64,000 nt of DNA from Saccostrea echinata (taxonomy: Eukaryota). Numbering within the stretch: position 1 is the first letter of the stretch; each line of letters starts with the position of its first letter. A program made the translations under genes and the position numbers. The notes below the pieces were generated by a model that ran no database searches, was not told where the DNA came from, and saw only the letters and a list, made by a program, of their open reading frames with translations. The DNA lies in contig NW_026889758.1 in the NCBI RefSeq assembly GCF_033153115.1, positions 47,802,001 to 47,866,000 of the forward strand, written 5' to 3'. Positions 48,122 to 62,529 of the stretch are shown one piece after another.

Positions 48122-51100
48122 AACTCCCACCCGTCGTCACTGGAGATACTGGTAGAGCTTCTCTTTGGCAGCAGTTTATCCGGATCAGAGGCACTGTTCT
48201 TATTTAAAAACTTGGTGAACCTTCTGTGTAGCTGGCCTTCCTGACTCACTGCCCACATCTGATCAGAATGGCTTACTAAAATATATAAATGAATAAGGAT
48301 TTTTTTTTTTTTTTTAAATAAAAAAAAAAATTAAAAAAAAAACATCCTGCTTGAAAACTGCTTAATGCTTCTGGAAACACAAACCCCTCAGTCGTCAAAT
48401 ATATTCATACTTGTTCAATGGTAAGCAGCTGTGATTTGTGTTTTTGATAGTTAAGTTTCTCCAGTACTAACAAAATCACCTGATTGTGAAAACCTTATCT
48501 CAAAATTTCGCTTGACTGGATATATGGACTGATGCCTTCACTTGGTCAAGGCAAGCCATATCACAGCTGAGATTAGTGGAATCCAAACAATAACACTTAC
48601 CTTTATCTCATAATATTTCAAAGGTGTTGAACTAGGGTATCTCAAACATTGATACCAGTATCTCAAATACCATAGATATGTCAAAGTGAGTTGGAAGTCA
48701 AAACTGCTTTTTCTTTATATTTTAACCTCAATATCTTGATTCTTTGAAATATCAAAGTTTTTTCTTGGCCCCATTAAGTTTGAATTAGTGTGGTTTGACT
48801 GTACATGCCCTAATATAAGCATAATTCATGTTTAATATATATCATAATAGGGTAAGACAATGGACTAACGAATAATAAAATTTACTAATGTAACATCTAT
48901 CATACTGAATACTTTACCTGATATCTGATCAAACACTCCTGGGACTTTTCTCCAGTAATCCCCTGTGGGATTTTTTGTGGAAATGCCAAAGCGACACAGG
49001 ATTTCTCCATTGGGATTTAATGCCCACACACACTTTTTTGATACTGTCAAATGAGTGGCTAAAGTTCCTGTGTAAAACACAATAACTTTATGGTTTTCAT
49101 TGTGAAGAAATAAAATAATATTGGCTCAAGTTCCTGTGTAAAAATACAATAAACTGGTTGCTGGTTTTTGTATTGAAGAAAGAATTATTTTACTATAGTA
49201 GATCAATTTCTATTTCTTTGAACTTTATTTTTCGCATAAATATGTGAATCTGTTTGCTCTCAAAAATTTTATTCTCACATATACATGTATTTATAATGTT
49301 GAGGATTATATACAACAATAACCGTAGGTCACGAAAATTTTGTCTTGCTGATAAATACCAAATAGCTATCTCGCATAAATAAGGTGTCACGAAAATATAG
49401 CGATCTATAATATTGACTGACTTAAAGCCCACAGAGGTATAATAAACTTCTCTATACCTGGGACATGGATCCAGTCCTCTCCTATTGGCATGTCTTCTGT
49501 AACACCCTTTCTAGCGTAAACTTGACGACGGTTATCAATTGCCCACACCTACAAATTATGATAAAAATTTTTAACTTTGCTTTTATAGGTTTATACAAGT
49601 ACAGCTGTGTATGTGTAATAAACTCTGCATTTCCAAGTGAAATTATAAAACTTTATTTAAAGTATATGTTGGTTCTAATAGAAGTTGCATTGTTTTTGTG
49701 ATCTCTGCACTGTGATGGAAAACCATATGGCTACCAACCATGAAATCTTTGGGTCCTGTTGCAATGTTTGTAAATACTGTAGATGTCTGCCTGCCCATGT
49801 CTACAGGGAGCCAGGCAGCATTGAGGGAGTGAGAGGTCGGGGCCTTGACCCCAATCCTCTGGTACACAACCCCCTGAGTGTCCACTGCCCAAACATTGAC
49901 CGTTCCACAGCTAATTGACGTCAAAACTGTATCACCTACATGTATAAACAAAAGGAATAAAGAGATTGTGAACTCTGCATTTAACATATAACATCTAACA
50001 AAGAAATAACCAATTATTTCTACAATCATAACTAATTCACACTCACAAAGAAGTGGGAACAAATTTATAATTCTGAACATTTTATTAAAATATTTTTCTT
50101 TCTACCAGGCAGCCAGCATTTTCTCTCATATGTTAACAATACTGTAAACCAACTTTTTTGCAAGCGAGAAATATCTGTGAAATTCACAACCTTCTTTTAC
50201 TCCCAAATATTTCTTGTCCCAATCAAATTATTCACCTGTGTATTTATGTAGAATGTTGCCTCAGTCACGAAAATTAGTATTTACAAATGGATTCCAAAAT
50301 AAAGAGTGGCTAATAAAAGATGTCACAAATAATAGCTGGTTTACAGTACTTTCATCACAAACTTTTAACATCTAATTTGTTTATGCTCATTTATGGGCTG
50401 TATCTTTTTCTGAAATCTATGGCATCTACCACCTATCTAGTAAAATGACAATTTCTTGTCAATTCCACTGATAACAGCTATTTACAGTGAAACCTGTCTA
50501 ATCCGACATGCACTGGGAGACGAATTTTGAAATAGGCAGGGTGTCGGATTACACAGTGTTAAAAAAACATGGAAAATAGTAAAATGGGAACGGAATTTAA
50601 TGTCAGATTTCACATTGTGATGGATTGCACAGGTGTCGGATTAGACAGTTTTCACTGTATTTACAAACAATGTAAATTACATACCTAGTTGAGTAAGGTC
50701 CAGTTTGCACCATCCTGATCCTTGTGGATTACTGGGTCTAATCCCACTACGTATAAATATCTGATTGTCCTCAGTAAGAACCCACACAGCATCCCGACAG
50801 ACACATAGACAAAGTACTCCTTTTCTGTAGGAAGGAGATTCCACCATGCTACATTTCTCCAGGTTTGAAGAAAAAGTGTAGATGTCTCCATTGGGTTGAC
50901 TAGCCCAAATAAGTCCTGTGCAATTGATGAAAAAAATTAATGTATGCACTATAGATTTTCATACTGATTTCAGCTGAGTTTAACTACTGGATATTTTCTT
51001 CTTCTGTTAGTATAATAAGAGGTACAAAATTTATATATCTGTAACTTTTCACAATTTTTTCCTCTCAATATTGGTTTATCATACAAGAAAAATATGTACA

Positions 51101-54100
51101 TGACAATCAATAAAGGATCAAGTGAAATAGTGACAAAAACTACAAGTCTAGGATGAGATTGTTAGGTTTGTGGTCAATTTCTAACCTGAACAACTTGTTA
51201 TTGAGAGTCCTTACCTTCATTGCTAGCCTGAGCAGTTACTGTTTTCCAAATGACAGAGCAAACAATACCAGGGATCTCTGCAACTTCCCATGCATGTCCT
51301 GTATGATAAAAGAAGTTATGATGTTGATATTTTATGAATCTTGTGTGTATTTCTTGAAGAAAACAGTAATCTACCAATAACTTTCACTGACATGTGACAA
51401 TGATCATATTTAAAAAAAAATCTACAAACTTCCATTTCCTGAAGTACTAAGTGTCCATTATTATTTTTAGGAAAGGGGGGGGGGGGGTCATTACCTTGAA
51501 TAACTCCTCTACAGATCTGGATCATGTTTTTGAATTCTGGACACAACCACACCCCTGCTCTACCAGCTGTGATAAGTCCACCTGTCTGGGAGCTGATTAA
51601 AGAAGCAAGCTTCTGAGGATCAAATTTCTCAGCCAAGGAACGTAGAGCATCTATTCCAGACACATCTTTTACAACTATTTCACTGACTGGAACCTGGATT
51701 TATGAAAGTATGGTTGACACTTTTAGCTGGACCTGTACATCTATTATATGCATTCAGACTCTGTTTTCAACATTGATTTATCTTTGTTGTGTTTGTTGTA
51801 CATGTATGACAAAAATGACAAATACTGAGTAGATACACAGGTACATGTAAAACAGCTAATCCATTTAAATAACAGGACAGGAAATTGCAGTACTTTCACG
51901 ATGAATTATTAGTAGAATTTTTTTTATAGAAAATACAAAAAAACAGAATCAAAGCTAGATACGGTAACAAAACAAAGAAAATATTTTTACCAATTATTAG
52001 ATATTTTTTGGAAGGGTAATTGATTGTAGTTACCTCCCACCAGCTCCCATCACCAGTTGGAGTTTCCATGGTAACACCAGTGGAAAACCATATTCTACCT
52101 AGGACATCTAATGCCCACAAAACTCCACCCACTCCAAAAGCAATGGCACTGAACAACATTTCCTGACTACACTTGCTGTCAAAGAAAAATTTTTTTACAA
52201 TGCAGAGATTATTTGCAATAAATGCATGAAACACTAAACTGCTACAACACAACCCCTTTTTGTACTGTAAAAATTGTACCATTTAATAATGTTCCACTCT
52301 TTTCCTTCCAAGCATTCTTTATTTATCCCATCCCTATACACCAGCTGGCACTGGTCAGTCAACCCCAGGACCACTCCCTTGTAACAGGCAATCTGGGTTA
52401 ATTTGAAGTCACAAGGAATCTTTATTGCTTTAAAACATGGTCTCTCTCTGGACAGGCCCTTCTGCATCACAACATCACCATTTGTTTTCAGGTACCTGAG
52501 AAAAATTCAATGAAAAAGGGCAAATAAGAAGAAGAAGGCCAAAGGGAACATTCTCTTAAATGAAAATCTATTACAAGTATATTGTATTATTCCAGCTTGA
52601 CAGTTTAATTTTTCTTTTTTTAAATGACTGCATCACTTTGACTGAAAACAAAATATTTATTAACAACTATAATTTACCAAGAAAAATGAGGCAAAGTATC
52701 AAACGAATCTTTAAAAAAAATGTGTATATATTTAAGAAATAAAGAACAAGTTTAAAAACACTGGGAAATGAGGTTGGTTGGTTACATGATCAAATCCAGT
52801 GAAACCCAAAGGGGTTCTCAGAAAAGTTGAAACTTTTCCCTATGAATTCCTATGTAAAACTGAATCATTATTGTGGCCCCACTTACCCCCCAGTTCATGA
52901 TTTGAACACTACCTGTGGATGCTTCCATATCAGTATGACTAATCATGCCTATGCACTTCTTTAAAGACTTTTTTCCTATACATGTATATTCCTTTGTAAA
53001 ACTTTGATTGCCTATTGTGGCCCCCATCTCTTGGGGTCATGATTTGAAAAAAAAACATGAATCTACCATATGCATTGAAGCTTTCAAATATGTTTCAACT
53101 TTTCAAGCCCAGGAGTTCTTGAGAAAGAAGATTTTTTAAAGACTTTTTCCCTTATATATTCCTATGTAAAAGTTTGATCACTATTGTGGCCCCAAACTAC
53201 CAGTACCCCCTGGGGGTCATGATTTGAACAAACTTTAATCTACACTACCTGAGGATGCTTCCATATTAAATATTACTAATCATGCCTTTGCTGTTCTTGA
53301 GATTTTTAAAGATATTTTTACTATATATATTCCTATGTAATACTTTAATCATCCATTGTGGCCCAATCATATACCTGGGGGTCATGATTTGAATGAACTC
53401 AAATCTACACTATGTAATGAAGCTTTCACATAACTTTTCTGGCCCAGTGGTCCTTGAGAAAACTTTTGAAAAGTTGCCATTAAATTTTCACTATTCTTAA
53501 TTATCTCCCCTTCAAAGAGGCATGGCCCTTCCTTTGAACAAACTTGAATTCCATTAACCCAAGGATGCTTTGTGGCAATTTTGCTTAGTAGTTCTGGAGA
53601 AGATGAAATTGTGAAAAGTTAAGACAATGACGGGCAAATTTTGATCAGAAAAGTTCAATTGAGCCTTTGGCTCAAAAGAGCTTAAAAGTAAATTAAATTT
53701 AAAATTAAAATTGTACTATAATTATATGTAATTAGAAATGAGCTACTCTTAGTTACACCTGTATAGCAGAAACTCTCCTCGACTTCAATGAGGTGATCTA
53801 AAGCATAATACAAGATTCTCACCAAGCCACAGTCTCATCCACTGATATATATTGCACCTCCCTAACTGCCTCTATCCACTTCAGACCTTCTGGATGTTTG
53901 GCTGTTAACTTAGTTCCAGCATATACAGTGTCTTTATACAGCCTCCAGACAATGCTCCCAGACCGTGACACAGCTATCATCTTGGCATAGCCATTTGCCT
54001 TCTGCCACTTTAGACCTGGATTAGTCAGACTGCAGTGCCACAAATTAGAACTTCTATCTACATGCCAAATGTGTGTGTCAGTCAAGCACAAACAGGACAA

Positions 54101-57100
54101 ATTGCCGGGAGTGAATATTTCTGACCAGTTGTTGATCACTTTGTATGAAGGCTCATCCATCTCAACCTTTTCTGAGCAGACTATCTCATTTTCTTCTTGC
54201 TCTTCTGTGGTTGATGGCATGAGTGGATGCTCCGTGACATCCTTCTGTGAAGTCATATTGGTATTTGATGTAAACATTTTGTAGAAATCATCTGGCTCTG
54301 GGGATGAAAAGAGACTTGGGTCTTTTTGTGCTGGTGAATTTAGAAGAGAATTTTCTGAGGAGCTATTAGAGACATGTGATGCTTTATTTAACTTTTCTAC
54401 ACTGGGATCCTTATCACTTAATAAAATCTTCTCTGCTTCTGTTACAGAAGTGGCGATTTGAGATAATGCTGTGTTTAACACAGTTTCATTGGGTTTCACA
54501 GATGCATCAGGTTTTTGTATATCCTTTAGATCTGAAAATTGTTTTTCTTTCTTTGGAGCTAATGCCTGTTCAGTACATTTTGGTATCTCTTTCAATTCAG
54601 TTGAAGTCTCCTCTTTTCTTAACTCTACATCCTGCTCATGAGTGCCTGTTTTGTTATCCAAACTAGTTATTTCTTTTTCAAATTCTTCTAAACTTTTAGA
54701 CAAGGAATCACAAGATGAATTTCTCAACCCATGCAAAGGGAGAACTAGATGTGACTTTTCTTCACTGTGTGACCTTTTTGTACTTGGTGCTGGTGATGAC
54801 TCCCTACTTCGCACTTTTTTCACATGACCTTCTGCATCAACTACAGTCATGAATTTAGGTTTCTCCTGAAGTTCCTCTGTGAAGTATGGCCCTTCACTGA
54901 TGTCACTTTTAATGGAGATTGTATCGCTACTTCTGAGAGAAATGTTGTCTTCTGTGTTCTCCTGGTCCAAGACAGCACTAAGATAAGGGGAATGTGTAGA
55001 GTCTCTTTCTCCTTTCAACCCTGAAAAAACATACTTTTTAGTTCATGATATAATTCTGAATTTATTGTCAGTTAAATCTCTAAAATTACCACACAAAATA
55101 GACAGACAGCAGGTTTCTGCAACAAAAGAGCACTTGTTTTGAAGTACATTCATTTATATATAATCTAAACTATGAACTGGATTACAAACTTTTATAATTA
55201 ACAAGGACTATACTCAGTATGTATTAATACACGTGCAACTATTTTCAAATAATAAAACTGCAACAAATTTTACTTAAAATTTAATTCATATAAAAAATGA
55301 AACCTTTTTTCTTTTTCTTGTGTCTTTTAGGCTTAGAATTGAACACTATGTCATCATCCCCGACTGCTGATGATAACTTCTCCTCTGTAACTGTTGCACT
55401 TGAATACACAGAGTCATTTTTAGCACTGCCATCTTGAGTGACATGAACTTTGACCCCTGATGGCCCCCTAGGTATCAATGTATCTGTTGATTCAATAGAT
55501 GGTTTGTCATGAGAATTATCAAAATGTGAATCAGATGAACTTGGGACTGAATCAGTCTCTAAATCCTCCTTCAGAAAAGGATTAAAGCGGGTGGTCGGGG
55601 AAACAAGTTTTCTTTCAGCTAAATTGTCATCTGAGTCCTTTTTACTTGAGAGAATGTTATCACTGAAAATTTCTACAGTCAGTAAATCTGGGGTCTCCAG
55701 TTTCACAACTGGAGGCAGTTTTTGGTGGAGCTCTGTCTCGCGTTTTATCAGTGGAGGAAGATCCTGAGGAGGCTGAGCATGAGGGTGATCTCGATGATCA
55801 ATCTCATGCTCAGTTATCTCAACAGAGTCCTCCAAATGATCCATTGATGACAGAAGATGTTCAACTCCTGATTTAATTGAGCCCCCAGTTGACTCTAAGG
55901 TTGATTTCAGTTTGGTCTGGATGAAGTCTAATGGTGAATTGGATTGCTGACTAGACTGTTCAGAGTTGTTTACATGCAGTGTAGCCTCTAATGGTGGTGC
56001 AGACTGTCGCATTAAAGCATATTTTTCCTTCTCATGCAAAAGTTTATGATATAGAGATTCTGAAATAGAATAGAAAAAAGAAGTCTGCTCACAGTTTGCA
56101 TACAAAAGTTTTGATAATTAAGGTCTTTATCATTTGGGAAAAGCCCTGCTCCAAAAACTTCAACCAATCATATAGAAAACATTTGTGAATTTGCAGCACC
56201 TGGAACCTAACTGTACATCTACTGTATTAAACATGTATGTGTTCTAAAATATTCTTATATCCTTTCTGTAACAAATAGGAATCTAATCATTTCAGTCCTC
56301 TATAAACCCCAAGGCCAAAATTACAGTGACTTATAAGAAAGTTAAAGAAGTTTGGTCCAAGAGTTTGATGACACCCACTCCCCCCTGAGATTCCCCCTCA
56401 CTTTACAAATCACTTTAACAAGTTTGTTTCTAGCATGAAAATGTTATAAAAAGATGACAGCAATGATGGACAAAGGTAACAACAATAAAACCTTAACTTT
56501 CTTCAGTAAATGCAGATACAATTTAAAGAAATGGCAATCAAAGCAGTCTTCAAACAAATGTTAATAAAAAAAGAAATGTAATGATCGTATAAATCTGTCA
56601 GAATGTCCTTTCAGCATATGCTTCATTATCACAAGTCAATAAGCATAATATTCAAATTTTGCTGTGCAGCTATAAAGAGCTATATATCTGATAAGTGAAA
56701 CGTAGAAACAATTCATTGCTTTATAACCCTTAACAATACATGCATATAATTATGTATATTTACATTTCCAAATATTTTTCCTTAAGATTCTTTGCAAATT
56801 AGAAAAAGTTCATGTTCGCGTGAACTGCCGTGGGATGAGTAAGAATATTTCCATTGTGATGTGATTGAAGTAAAAAAATAGTGCTTCATGAAATATGCTG
56901 ACGTGAAGTGTCGTAGTTCATGTCCTCATGAATTCTCAAAAATAAAATTCATCTCTTAAATAAATCACATCAAATGTACTTGCACAGTTACTGACAAATC
57001 CCACTTTTTAGAATTAATAACAGCCATGTTTACACTTACCTCCCTTCTTTTCTGGATATACAGCTACTCGGACAAGATTCCTTTCATTATTCTTCCTCAG

Positions 57101-59421
57101 AATAAAAATTTCATCTTCACTGACAGCAACATCTACCACTGCCCCCAGGGCCCGCTGACTACCCACAACAGAATTGTCCTCTGGACTCAGCACATAAAGG
57201 GAGGTCTCATTCCAGGTCACAAGGTACTTCTCCATATACAATAACAGTGGCCCAAACTGATGGTCCGACACTCTGCTAGAAGGGATTCCATTCTTGTACA
57301 ACAACTGGATTTCTGAGTGAGTAGAATTGAGAAGTTCTTTGAAAAGATAAGTATTGCTGACTGTTCCATTCATGTCAGCTTTCCAGATTCTGGCACCAGG
57401 TCGACAAGCATAAAGTTGAGCATCCTCTGGTTTGCACATGGCTGGGATGAAACAAGCCCCAAATGGGCCAGCACTAAAATTATATGCAAATTTTCTAAAT
57501 TCAAAATCAAAATCCCACAGATTTTTTTCTAACATTCAATAACAAATTTTCTTGGGTGCATTTTTTTTTGTCTTTCATTACATGTAATACTGGTAGTGGT
57601 CTTCATTTTTTTTCAATAAAATACTCATTATCATAAATTATCTACCACGTACAAAACAAAATTTTTTTTTCCTTATTATTTTCTCCAATGCATCTGGCTA
57701 ACATGAATCTAACAAAATAGAACTCTTTAAGTAATACTTTTGATGATGAATTCATACACTTTTCTTTCTTTCTGTCCTACTTGGACCTTAGTTTCATCTG
57801 TTCTGTATATAAGGGTCCTCTGTTTTGTAGAGACCAGAAGAGACTTGTGTCCATGATCCAGCTGTACAATACTGGACCCTACCTCTGTCAACAGAACAGC
57901 TGACTTGCACTGTCCCTGTAAAACATTAAATCCCACCTTAATAACAATATCTGACTTAAATACAAACTGCATTTCTGAATATTAACTTTTATCATATACA
58001 TGTACTTAGTAGTAAATACACGGATTCTACACTCTGCGATACGGGTGAAGTCACAATACCCCATATCAAGGACTGGTCCAAAAATCCATATCACGTATCG
58101 GACCAGTGTGCAAAAATCCATATCAAACCAGAAGTAACTTTTTTATAAAATTTAAAAGTTAATTAACTTGACTTTATTTAAATAAACATGTAAAATAATT
58201 CTTTACTAACATTTGTGGACTTAATTTGTTTTCAAAGACCTAAAATTGGCACTATTAGGTTTTAAAGAAAAAGGTTTTAAGCATGCACGAAACATTCTTC
58301 AATGACTCTATGTGAACTCACATATTAAGTGTTTTAAATATATGATAAATAGAATACTACATACTGAAATCCATATCATATGTCATATATCATCCCTCAG
58401 GCTGATATGGGGCCACTCTGGCTGATATAACATATGATATGAATTTTTAGTTGTAATATTCTCTATGTAATGAACAGCAATATTTCCCCGGAATATGACT
58501 GATGTGAATCAGAAAATTATTATATACCTGGTATGCATCAAATTCAGTGCAGACAACCAAGCCTTGCATATCTCCACTAAAAAGCTTCATTCCATTCAAA
58601 CTCCATCTTGTACAAGTAACCTGGGCCTTGTGTAAGCCTTGTACAAAAAACTGCTGAAGCTGACAAGAAGATATTTAAATCAATTTACTATCTTCACATA
58701 AATAACAAAAATGATCACAGAGTGAAACCCCCAATTGTTTGAGAGCTAATGATAGAACTTGAGATCTGCTACTTCTTTCAATCAATGAGGAAGCTACTTT
58801 ACCTTCTTGTTCTGACCTGGAATATGGGAAGGGAGCTGGAAAATATAAATATCCCCCTTCTCTGTTCCCACAGCAACCTGGTTTTCAAGGCCACTGTGTA
58901 GGGCAATTGTGGTTAAAACATCACTATTAGACTGTATACCGAAAACAAGAAAGAAGAAAATAAAAACACACACAAGGAAAAAACATTTAATTTTACTTAA
59001 TACAATTACTCTATACTCCACTATTAATCAACAAATCCTTATTTTTCTTCATCTTAATAATTTAATAAGCCATTTAAAGAATTCTTATTGTCAAAAATAT
59101 GGTCTATTTAAATCTATGTAAAATCAGGAAATAAAATTTAAATTCAAAAATAACTAACAGACTTACATGCGTTTTTAGTCTCTCTATCAATTCTTTTTTC
59201 CTGTCAAACAAATACACTACTCCAACATTTGTACCAAGGGCAATGTAGTCTGGATTGACATCCACACACTTTAAAATTAGGTCACAGTTAGAGAGAAATC
59301 CTTTTTGGGCCCTACGTGGAATCTGGGACAGGAGATAATCTAGAGAGCGGTGCTCCTTTGGAATGGAATGTTTAGAACATTCTTCAGTTGCTGAATCTTC
59401 AGTTTGTGCACTTTCAGCCAT
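48115..59421 (-). CDS. TECPR2: Tectonin beta-propeller repeat-containing protein 2, 16 coding exons, ~1510 aa
   Basis: Exons 59421-59167, 58931-58803, 58659-58528, 57915-57758, 57473-57040, 56059-55304, 55020-53823, 52495-52280, 52175-52034, 51693-51495, 51298-51215, 50915-50685, 49935-49739, 49548-49458, 49067-48918, 48275-48115 all splice in phase; N-terminal HPS5-like WD40 (YIALGTNVGVVYLFDR, LYACRPGARIWKADMNGTV), poly-Lys patch, tectonin repeats (VWAVD..G.VY.R.G), terminal LIR DDGWELL*. Confidence 0.93.
50142..50346. mobile_element. Tc1/mariner-like MITE
   Basis: ta|ctgtaaaccaact ... agctggtttacag|ta. Confidence 0.65.
50485..50657. mobile_element. Tc1/mariner-like MITE
   Basis: 24-bp TIRs cagtgaaacctgtctaatccgaca (23/24 match), TA flanks. 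Confidence 0.85.
52530..53685 (-). mobile_element. HINE with ~4 Cg170-like monomers, reverse orientation, in TECPR2 intron
   Basis: Reverse-complement monomers (cattgtggcccc..gggggtcatgatttgaacaaac) and terminal gatcagaaaagttcaattgagcctttggctca. Confidence 0.78.
58349..58465. mobile_element. Small palindromic MITE
   Basis: agaatactaca..aatccatatcatatgtcatat / atataacatatgatatgaatt..tgtaatattct. Confidence 0.6.
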
Positions 59422-60382
59422 AGTGCTGTAGATCTAGTGCAACTCCATTTTGTTATTAACCACTAAAGTGAAAGTAAAATACATTTTATATGGTGTCTAA
59501 CTCAACACAAAAGGAAATCGTACTGTCAAAATTTTCATTGTCCTGAATGATTTTAATTAAATATTTCTATAAGAGAGCATAGTCAATAAACAAATTCTAT
59601 GAATATCCAAAGTCCCCTTTCCTTACTGAAGCTGTAAAATGATACTTAACACTGAATTACATAAATACATGTATGTAACTGTGTTAGGTAAGATTCAAAC
59701 TGTGATTAGTACAGAAGATACATTTTCATTATCAAATAAAGATGGGGGTATGTTAAAAAATTTAAAGGTATAACAAACAATCAGCATTGACCAGATTTAA
59801 GGGCAGACTGCTTTTTGCTGAACCATTGAAGCAAACTGTTGCCTATGGCCTAATGTCTCAGGTATGATAGTTTAGTTCCTGGGTCTTATACAAAAGGAAA
59901 GTTGCTCTTAAACCCAGTTATTCAACATGTCTGAGATTTCAAGCAACAGTCTGAAAAAAATCCCTCTTTTTCGGCAAATTGGGAATTCCAACAGGGTAAT
60001 TGCTCAGCAATTGTTAGTTGCTCAAATGAATATGTTTTTATTTATGTAGTAATTTACCATTATCATCTGCATATGGTGTTTATGTCTCCCAGTTGATAAT
60101 TCGACACACATAGAGCATGTTCCACAAACAATTTCTTAACTGATGCAGGGTACTGTCACATAATTACCAGGGTGTTTAATAAATAAGTTGATGATACAAG
60201 GGTATCAACAATCTTGTTTGAAGTCAACATTTTGTAAATTCTGTATCAATACAATGACCTTGTTTGCAAATACAGTCTGTTGTCAGGTCAAATGTTGATT
60301 TTTTCATAGAAATTATTAGGCCATTATTTTTACACTGCATTGTCTGCTTATGACAGAGATTTTAGTGCACTCAATTTTTATA

Positions 60383-61365
60383 CAGTGGAGCCTCATTTAT
60401 CCGGACGCTTTGGTTCCCAGTCAATTAGTCCAGATAAGTGAAGCGTCCGGATACCTGAATTGTCTCGATTTTAGTTATATGGCCTTTCATGCCATTTTCA
60501 ATAGTAAAGAATGTTGCTTTACATCAATATGTTTTATTGTTTAAATACTTTAATATAAGTTACATATAGTACTACTCAATACTTGTTTAAATAAATAAAA
60601 AAGTACATGTGTCATTGGAAAAAAAAATATGTTTATAGGTCGCATTAATTAATTCTACTTCCCAGTGTCTAATGAATCAACCCGATAGAGTCTTATTTAA
60701 TATCAACGCCCATCAATGGTAAATGTGACATAATGTATACGAACGCTAATCGTAATCATCCAAAGCGAGATTGTATTAACGATTGTGTAATTTTGAAAGT
60801 GATTTCATAAATGTCATCAAATCATAGAATGCGTTTTGCACACAAAATACTGTGCATAAAAAACTCCGATGTCATGTCTATAAACACATAAAACCATGTT
60901 ACGACAGTATTCTAACAGTAAAAGAAATTTATTTGCCGACTACGAAAAAAATTATCCTAGACTTATAAAATTATTTCCCTTAATTAATATGTATCATGTT
61001 AGAGAAGTGAGAGTCTCATGCGTACCTATTGACCTACAATTAACCTTGCCGCAAGCCATTGATAACAGGTCGCAGATGATCATCTTTTAAAACAAACAGC
61101 CAGACCAGTGTTTTTACAACAATTAACACCCAGATCAAGAAATCTAAGCAGACTTGACAGACCAGTTAAAAATTATCGTCTGGATAAATGAACCAAAATA
61201 TAACGTAAAAATGCATTTTGTGTTGAAAAAAGACCGTCCTGATACGGAAAGCGGAATTCCGGTTAAACGAGACAAAATAACGTTAAAAAATTTCGTTCCC
61301 ATGAAAAATCTTCCGGGAACTGAAGCGTCCGGATATCTGGCATCCGGATATCTGAAGGTCCACTG
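60383..61365. mobile_element. ~1-kb non-autonomous Tc1/mariner (pogo-like) element
   Basis: ta|cagtggagcctcatttatccgga ... tccggatatctgaaggtccactg|ta; repeated gaagcgtccggata; no transposase ORF. Confidence 0.75.
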
Positions 61366-61373
61366 TAGACTGT

Positions 61374-61540
61374 TTCAGGATAACTGCAGTACTGCTCTTT
61401 TGCAGGGCAAAATGTTATATTTTGGTGAAATATGACGTAAAAGCGATTGTTTAATATGTCACTTAATTAACTGTCATCAAAAACTTCACCAAATGTTATT
61501 AATTTGCCCTGTAAAAGAGTAGTACAGCAGTTATGGTGAA
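61374..61540. mobile_element. Palindromic MITE
   Basis: ataactgcagtactgctcttttgcagggcaaa / tttgccctgtaaaagagtagtacagcagttat. Confidence 0.7.
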
Positions 61541-62455
61541 AGGGCCAATTGTTTAAATGGCCTTTTGACTTATGTTTGTTTATTATCTTCAAATTTCATT
61601 TAGCAAAGTCACAAACACTTCTTAGTTTTTGTTCGAATTTATACACACGGAACAGGGAACAGGCAACTCCTCTCATACAGATTTTACCTAGATTCTACAT
61701 TAAAGGAGAAGGCTGAAAATATTTCCTGAACCCCATTTGACTGGCTTGTTATTTATGACGTATGACACAGTGACACATTCACATGTACAGCGAACGAATG
61801 TAAACATAATCTATGTTTTTACTCCTTAACTGGCTTAAAAGTCACAGAAGTTATTAAGTAGCCAAGTTGTAGGAGAAAGTTGTATACAAACCCTATCATT
61901 GTCCTTTATTGGGATTGCTTCCTAGCCTTGTGAATGAATAGTATATTACAGTGTGCTAGTCAGGGATATGTTTGCTGACGTCTCGTGACGAAGCCATGGA
62001 ATGGGGTAAATAAGGATTCTGTAAACAAACATAAACATAAACAAACTGCTTAATGTTCGTTTTTCTTTTTCCTTATCGATCAGAGTGATTTTGTTTTAAA
62101 AACACATATTATACTAGTGACTCAGGATTTATGATACATTTTGTCACAAAACTCTCGAACTTTGATATTTTCCTGATTTTACCATGTTCCCTCTGTGCCT
62201 ACTTTCGGTTTGACTTTTTGGTAGTCTTGCAACAGTGTAAGAGGTTATATTACAATAGGAATATGATGTTCGAATCATAGATTTTGCATAAGAGGTTTAA
62301 CTATATTACATCGTTCCTTTTAAGTTTTATATAGGTACATACATACATTTGTAGTTTCATTTAAAGTCCTTGTGATCATGTGATTTTCATACAATAATCA
62401 TTCTATTCAACAGATACTTTTAAATTCTAAAAAAGGTGGGTCAACAATATGACAT

Positions 62456-62462
62456 ATCTATA

Positions 62463-62527
<65 letters not shown>
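62456..62527. repeat. (TA)n microsatellite
   Basis: Direct reading. Confidence 0.98.

Positions 62528-62529
<2 letters not shown>

Noticed and set aside
51896-52470. Apparent frameshift between two overlapping TECPR2 ORFs
   Set aside because: Explained by a 104-nt GT-AG intron (52279-52176) that restores the frame
60896-61435. ORFs in the 1-kb TIR element as transposase remnants
   Set aside because: No HTH or DDE similarity recognisable
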